This document shows, piece after piece, positions 60,766 to 64,000 of a stretch of 64,000 nucleotides of DNA. The notes below the pieces were generated by a model that saw only the letters and a program-made list of their open reading frames with translations, searched no databases and was not told the origin of the DNA. The stretch is from an uncultured Verrucomicrobiae bacterium (lineage in GTDB: Bacteria; Verrucomicrobiota; Verrucomicrobiia; Chthoniobacterales; UBA10450). Position numbers and translations under genes: made by a program. How positions within the stretch are numbered: the stretch's first letter is position 1; every line of letters starts with the position of its first letter. The DNA lies in contig CAWIBO010000002.1 of NCBI GenBank assembly GCA_963834385.1, forward strand, positions 384,001-448,000, in the 5' to 3' direction.

Positions 60766-62352
60766 TCAATGGCGGGCCAAGAGGGTGTCCTCGGCATCGT
60801 CCTTTAACCGGGGATGATCGAGGGTGAAATGGAGCCCCCGGCTCTCCTTCCGGCTCAGGGCCGAATCAACGATCAGGGCCGCCACCGTGGCCAGATTGCG
60901 CGTTTCCAGCAGGTCCACCGTGACCTTGAAATTCCAGTAAAACTCCCGGATCTCCCTCTGCAGGTTGCGCAGGCGGGAGGCGGCGCGCTGCAACCGGCGT
61001 TCCGTCCGCACAATCCCGACGTAATCCCACATCAGGCGGCGGATTTCGTCCCAGTTGTGATAAATCACCACCAGTTCGTCCACGTCGGAGGCGTCGCCCG
61101 ATTTCCATTCCGGCAGGACCAGGGACCGGCCCGTCCGGGAGGGGGGCGGCGCGCTGATCATGGCCTGGCTGGCGCGGTGGGCCATGACGAGGCCTTCCAG
61201 GAGCGAGTTGCTGGCCAGGCGGTTCGCGCCATGGAGGCCGGTGCAGGCCGCCTCGCCCGCGGCGTAAAGGCCGGGAAGCGTGGTGGCGCCGTTGACATCG
61301 GTCCGGATGCCACCGCACTGGTAATGCGCCGCGGGCACCACCGGGATGGGCTGTTTCGTCATGTCGATCCCAAACCGGAGGCAGGTCTCGTAGATGTGGG
61401 GAAAGCGTTCCTGCAGAAACTCCGGTGATTTTGCGGTGATATCGAGGAAAACGCACTGTGTCCCCGCGCGTTTGATTTCGGCGTCGATGGCGCGGGCCAC
61501 GATGTCGCGCGGCGCGAGTGAGCCCTGCGGATGATAGCGCGGCATGAAATCCTCGCCGCGGGTGTTGCGGAGGATGCCCCCCTCCCCGCGGACCGCCTCG
61601 GAGATCAGGAAAGACTTGGCCTGGGCGTGAAAGAGACAGGTGGGATGGAACTGGACGAATTCCATGTTGGCGATGACGGCGCCCGCGCGCCAGGCGATGG
61701 CCACGCCATCGCCGGTGGCCACGTCCGGGTTGGTGGAATAGAGATACACCTTGCCGCAACCGCCGGTGGCGATCAGGACCCGGTCGGACCGAAGGGTCTC
61801 AACTTTTTGCGCGTCTTCGTCCAGGACATAAAGGCCAAGGCACCGGTCTTCCGTGGCAAAACCGAGCTTGCCCGCCGTGATTAGATCGACCGCCATGTGG
61901 TGCTCCAACAGTTCGATGCGCGGATGGGCCCGCACCTGGCGCAAAAGTGTTCCCTCGATCTCGGCGCCGGTGACGTCGCGCACATGCAGGATGCGGCGCT
62001 TTGAGTGGCCGCCCTCCCGCCCAAGGTCAAATTCCCGGTCAACCTCCCGGCGATCGAACTTCATCCCCATCTCCACCAGCTCGGCCAGGCGAGCCGGACC
62101 TTCCGTGACCACGGTCCGCACCACTTCCTCGTCGCAAAGGCCCGCCCCGGCGGCGAGCGTGTCGCGGATATGAAGCTCAAAGGAATCCTCCTCGCTCGTG
62201 ACGCAGGCCACCCCGCCCTGCGCCCAGGCCGTGTTCGTGTCCGCCCCTTTCCTTTTCGTCACCACCGCGACCGAGCCCGCCCTCGCGGCCTTGAGGGCAA
62301 AGCTCAGCCCGGCAATCCCGCTCCCGATCACGATAAAATCGAATTCCTTCAT
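60766..62352 (-). CDS. nadB: L-aspartate oxidase
   Basis: GSGIAG, AQGG, EGGHSKRRI, QFHPT, GLHGANRLASNSLLE, ESRGLH. Confidence 0.96.
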   Translation of the reverse strand: MKEFDFIVIGSGIAGLSFALKAARAGSVAVVTKRKGADTNTAWAQGGVACVTSEEDSFELHIRDTLAAGAGLCDEEVVRTVVTEGPARLAELVEMGMKFDRREVDREFDLGREGGHSKRRILHVRDVTGAEIEGTLLRQVRAHPRIELLEHHMAVDLITAGKLGFATEDRCLGLYVLDEDAQKVETLRSDRVLIATGGCGKVYLYSTNPDVATGDGVAIAWRAGAVIANMEFVQFHPTCLFHAQAKSFLISEAVRGEGGILRNTRGEDFMPRYHPQGSLAPRDIVARAIDAEIKRAGTQCVFLDITAKSPEFLQERFPHIYETCLRFGIDMTKQPIPVVPAAHYQCGGIRTDVNGATTLPGLYAAGEAACTGLHGANRLASNSLLEGLVMAHRASQAMISAPPPSRTGRSLVLPEWKSGDASDVDELVVIYHNWDEIRRLMWDYVGIVRTERRLQRAASRLRNLQREIREFYWNFKVTVDLLETRNLATVAALIVDSALSRKESRGLHFTLDHPRLKDDAEDTLLARH

Positions 62353-63194
62353 CAGATCCGGATGTTGTCGATCAGGCGGGTCTTCCCAAAGAAGGCGGCC
62401 ACGGCCAGGACAACTCCCGGGCCGGCCGCGGCGGCCGGTTGCAGCGTTTCGCCATCCACCAGCTCGAGGTAGTCCAGCCGGGCGAGGTCGGCCTGCGCAA
62501 GGCGGGCCTGAGCCACCTCGAGGATTTTCGCGGGGCTGGTCTCGCCGGCCCGCGCGGCCTTGGCCGCGTCCAGCAAAGCCTGGCGCAGAATCGGCGCCTG
62601 GGCGCGTTCCGCCGTGGTCAGATACTGATTCCGCGAGCTGCAGGCGAGACCGTCCGCCTCGCGCACGGTCGGCACGCCGATGATCTCGATGGGAAAATCA
62701 AGGTCGCGCACGAGGCGACGAATAATGGCCAGCTGCTGGAAATCTTTCTCGCCAAAGATCGCGATCTCGGGAGCCAGGATGTGAAACAGCTTGGTCACGA
62801 CCGTGCAGACCCCGCGGAAATGGCCCGGGCGCGAACGGCCACAAAGCGTCTGCGAAAGGGAAACCTCTTCCACGTAGACCGAACGATCAGGGGCATACAT
62901 CTCCGAAGGACCGGGACGGAAAAGAAGGTCAACCCCGGCCTCGCGGCAAAGCTTCTCGTCCTCTTCCTCCGGCCGCGGATAACGCTCCAGGTCCGCCCCC
63001 GGCTCAAACTGGAGCGGATTCACAAAAATGCTGGCCACCAGTTCGCCCTCCGGGCCGGCGGCCGACCGGCCCTGCTGCAACAATTCCAGGTGACCGCGAT
63101 GCAGAGCTCCCATGGTCGGGACAAGGACACGGGGGCGGCTCCCGCCCGATCGCACCAGGGCCATGGCTTCGCTGCTGCGGGTGCAAATTTTCAT
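62352..63194 (-). CDS. panC: Pantoate--beta-alanine ligase
   Basis: VPTMGALHRGH, SIFVNPLQF, RPGHF, FGEKDFQQ, SSRN, RLIDN. Confidence 0.96.
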   Translation of the reverse strand: MKICTRSSEAMALVRSGGSRPRVLVPTMGALHRGHLELLQQGRSAAGPEGELVASIFVNPLQFEPGADLERYPRPEEEDEKLCREAGVDLLFRPGPSEMYAPDRSVYVEEVSLSQTLCGRSRPGHFRGVCTVVTKLFHILAPEIAIFGEKDFQQLAIIRRLVRDLDFPIEIIGVPTVREADGLACSSRNQYLTTAERAQAPILRQALLDAAKAARAGETSPAKILEVAQARLAQADLARLDYLELVDGETLQPAAAAGPGVVLAVAAFFGKTRLIDNIRI

Positions 63195-63904
63195 GGTCTG
63201 CTCCCGGCGTTCTTCTTTTCCATCCAGATTGCCTGGCGCGCAAAACGGAATCGCCGGTGGCCAAACTCGCGCCAACCAGCCTGCCGCGCCAGTTGTCCCA
63301 GCTCGGGAAACGAAAAGGCACGGCGGGCGGAAAGGCGGGCGTCCACCCGCGTCATCTCTTCGCGGTAAAAGGTATGCGTCAGGAGAAAGACGCCGGCGCT
63401 GGCCAGAGGGCCGCGGCGGAGGTCGGCCACAAGAAGACCTTTCCGAAACCAGCCGGCCATGCGCCGGAGCAGGCCAACCGCATCCGCCTCGGAAAAATGA
63501 TGAAGCGCGAGCGAGCAGAACACGAAATCGTACGGCTCGACCGGCGTCCAGGCCAGGGCGTCCGCCTCCACAAACGTGATCTCAGGCCAGGCCGCGCTCT
63601 CCGTCCGCGCAATTTCCAGGGTCGAGCTCTGCCGGTCGATCGCGGTGATGGCAACCGGCGCCCCCACCCGCCGGGCGTGGCCGGCGATCAGCCGCGGAAT
63701 GTCCCCGGAGCCGGTGGCGACATCGAGCACCGTGCCGGGCGCGCCCGGCACGATCCAGCGGCCAAGGAATTTCTGCACGAGGGCGTGGCTGCCGAAATGC
63801 CGGTTCAGGCTGCGCAGGTTCCGCAGGTCCGCCCGCAGTTCGGGGGTGACCGGCTGCGGACGGTCCATCAATTCCGGCTCCGCCGGGTCAAACTGCCGGG
63901 GCAT
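63191..63904 (-). CDS. SAM-dependent methyltransferase
   Basis: ELMD, LDVATGSGD, SLALHHF, DARLS.RRAF. Confidence 0.88.
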   Translation of the reverse strand: MPRQFDPAEPELMDRPQPVTPELRADLRNLRSLNRHFGSHALVQKFLGRWIVPGAPGTVLDVATGSGDIPRLIAGHARRVGAPVAITAIDRQSSTLEIARTESAAWPEITFVEADALAWTPVEPYDFVFCSLALHHFSEADAVGLLRRMAGWFRKGLLVADLRRGPLASAGVFLLTHTFYREEMTRVDARLSARRAFSFPELGQLARQAGWREFGHRRFRFARQAIWMEKKNAGSRP

Positions 63905-63913
63905 GGTCCCGTG

Positions 63914-64000
63914 TCAGGCCTGGAGGAAAGCCTGCCATTCCGCCGGCAGCCCGGCGGTTTCGACTTCGCTGGCGATCCTGCCCTCGAACTCGGGCCGGAA
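63914..64000 (-). CDS. 3' end of an unidentified CDS running off the window
   Basis: Open frame FRPEFEGRIASEVETAGLPAEWQAFLQA* ending just before the next gene. Confidence 0.5.
   Translation of the reverse strand, partial: FRPEFEGRIASEVETAGLPAEWQAFLQA

Noticed and set aside
1..64000. tRNA, rRNA, prophage or integron
   Set aside because: No cloverleaf or rRNA-like tracts, phage genes or integrase recognised by eye; tRNAscan-SE and Infernal would be needed to exclude small RNAs

Overview
GC-rich bacterial chromosome segment, most consistent with Verrucomicrobiota (Chthoniobacterales/Spartobacteria-like). The taxon is inferred from exosortase/EpsI plus PEP-CTERM, a stand-alone SWIB protein, lineage-typical hypothetical proteins and intergenic repeat families. 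From left to right the window holds: (1) an ECF sigma/anti-sigma pair; (2) a deoxyribonucleoside catabolism operon (short ALDH, deoB, deoA/pdp) continuing into an apparently exported EcoRV-like PD-(D/E)xK nuclease; (3) fcl, a GnnA-like dehydrogenase and lpxB, with a REP-associated tyrosine transposase and its REPs inserted before lpxB; (4) an aminomuconate-type ALDH and RidA separated by small accessory modules (HigBA, DUF2277, DUF2975/XRE, BNR propeller plus ubiquitin-like protein); (5) mutL; (6) an exosortase-linked surface-glycan cluster that is more AT-rich, has many frameshifts and ends in a truncated GT4 and an adenine deaminase/PEP-CTERM chimera; (7) rsmE and a VapBC pair embedded in a ~155-bp composite repeat array; (8) STAS-PP2C-grpE-dnaJ; (9) an MBL nuclease-DNA ligase fusion; (10) plsC-cmk-aroA, signalling genes, a dynamin-like GTPase, nadB and panC. 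No rRNA, tRNA or CRISPR array was seen. About a dozen single-base frameshifts may be long-read consensus errors. All family calls rest on motif recognition by eye; no searches were run.
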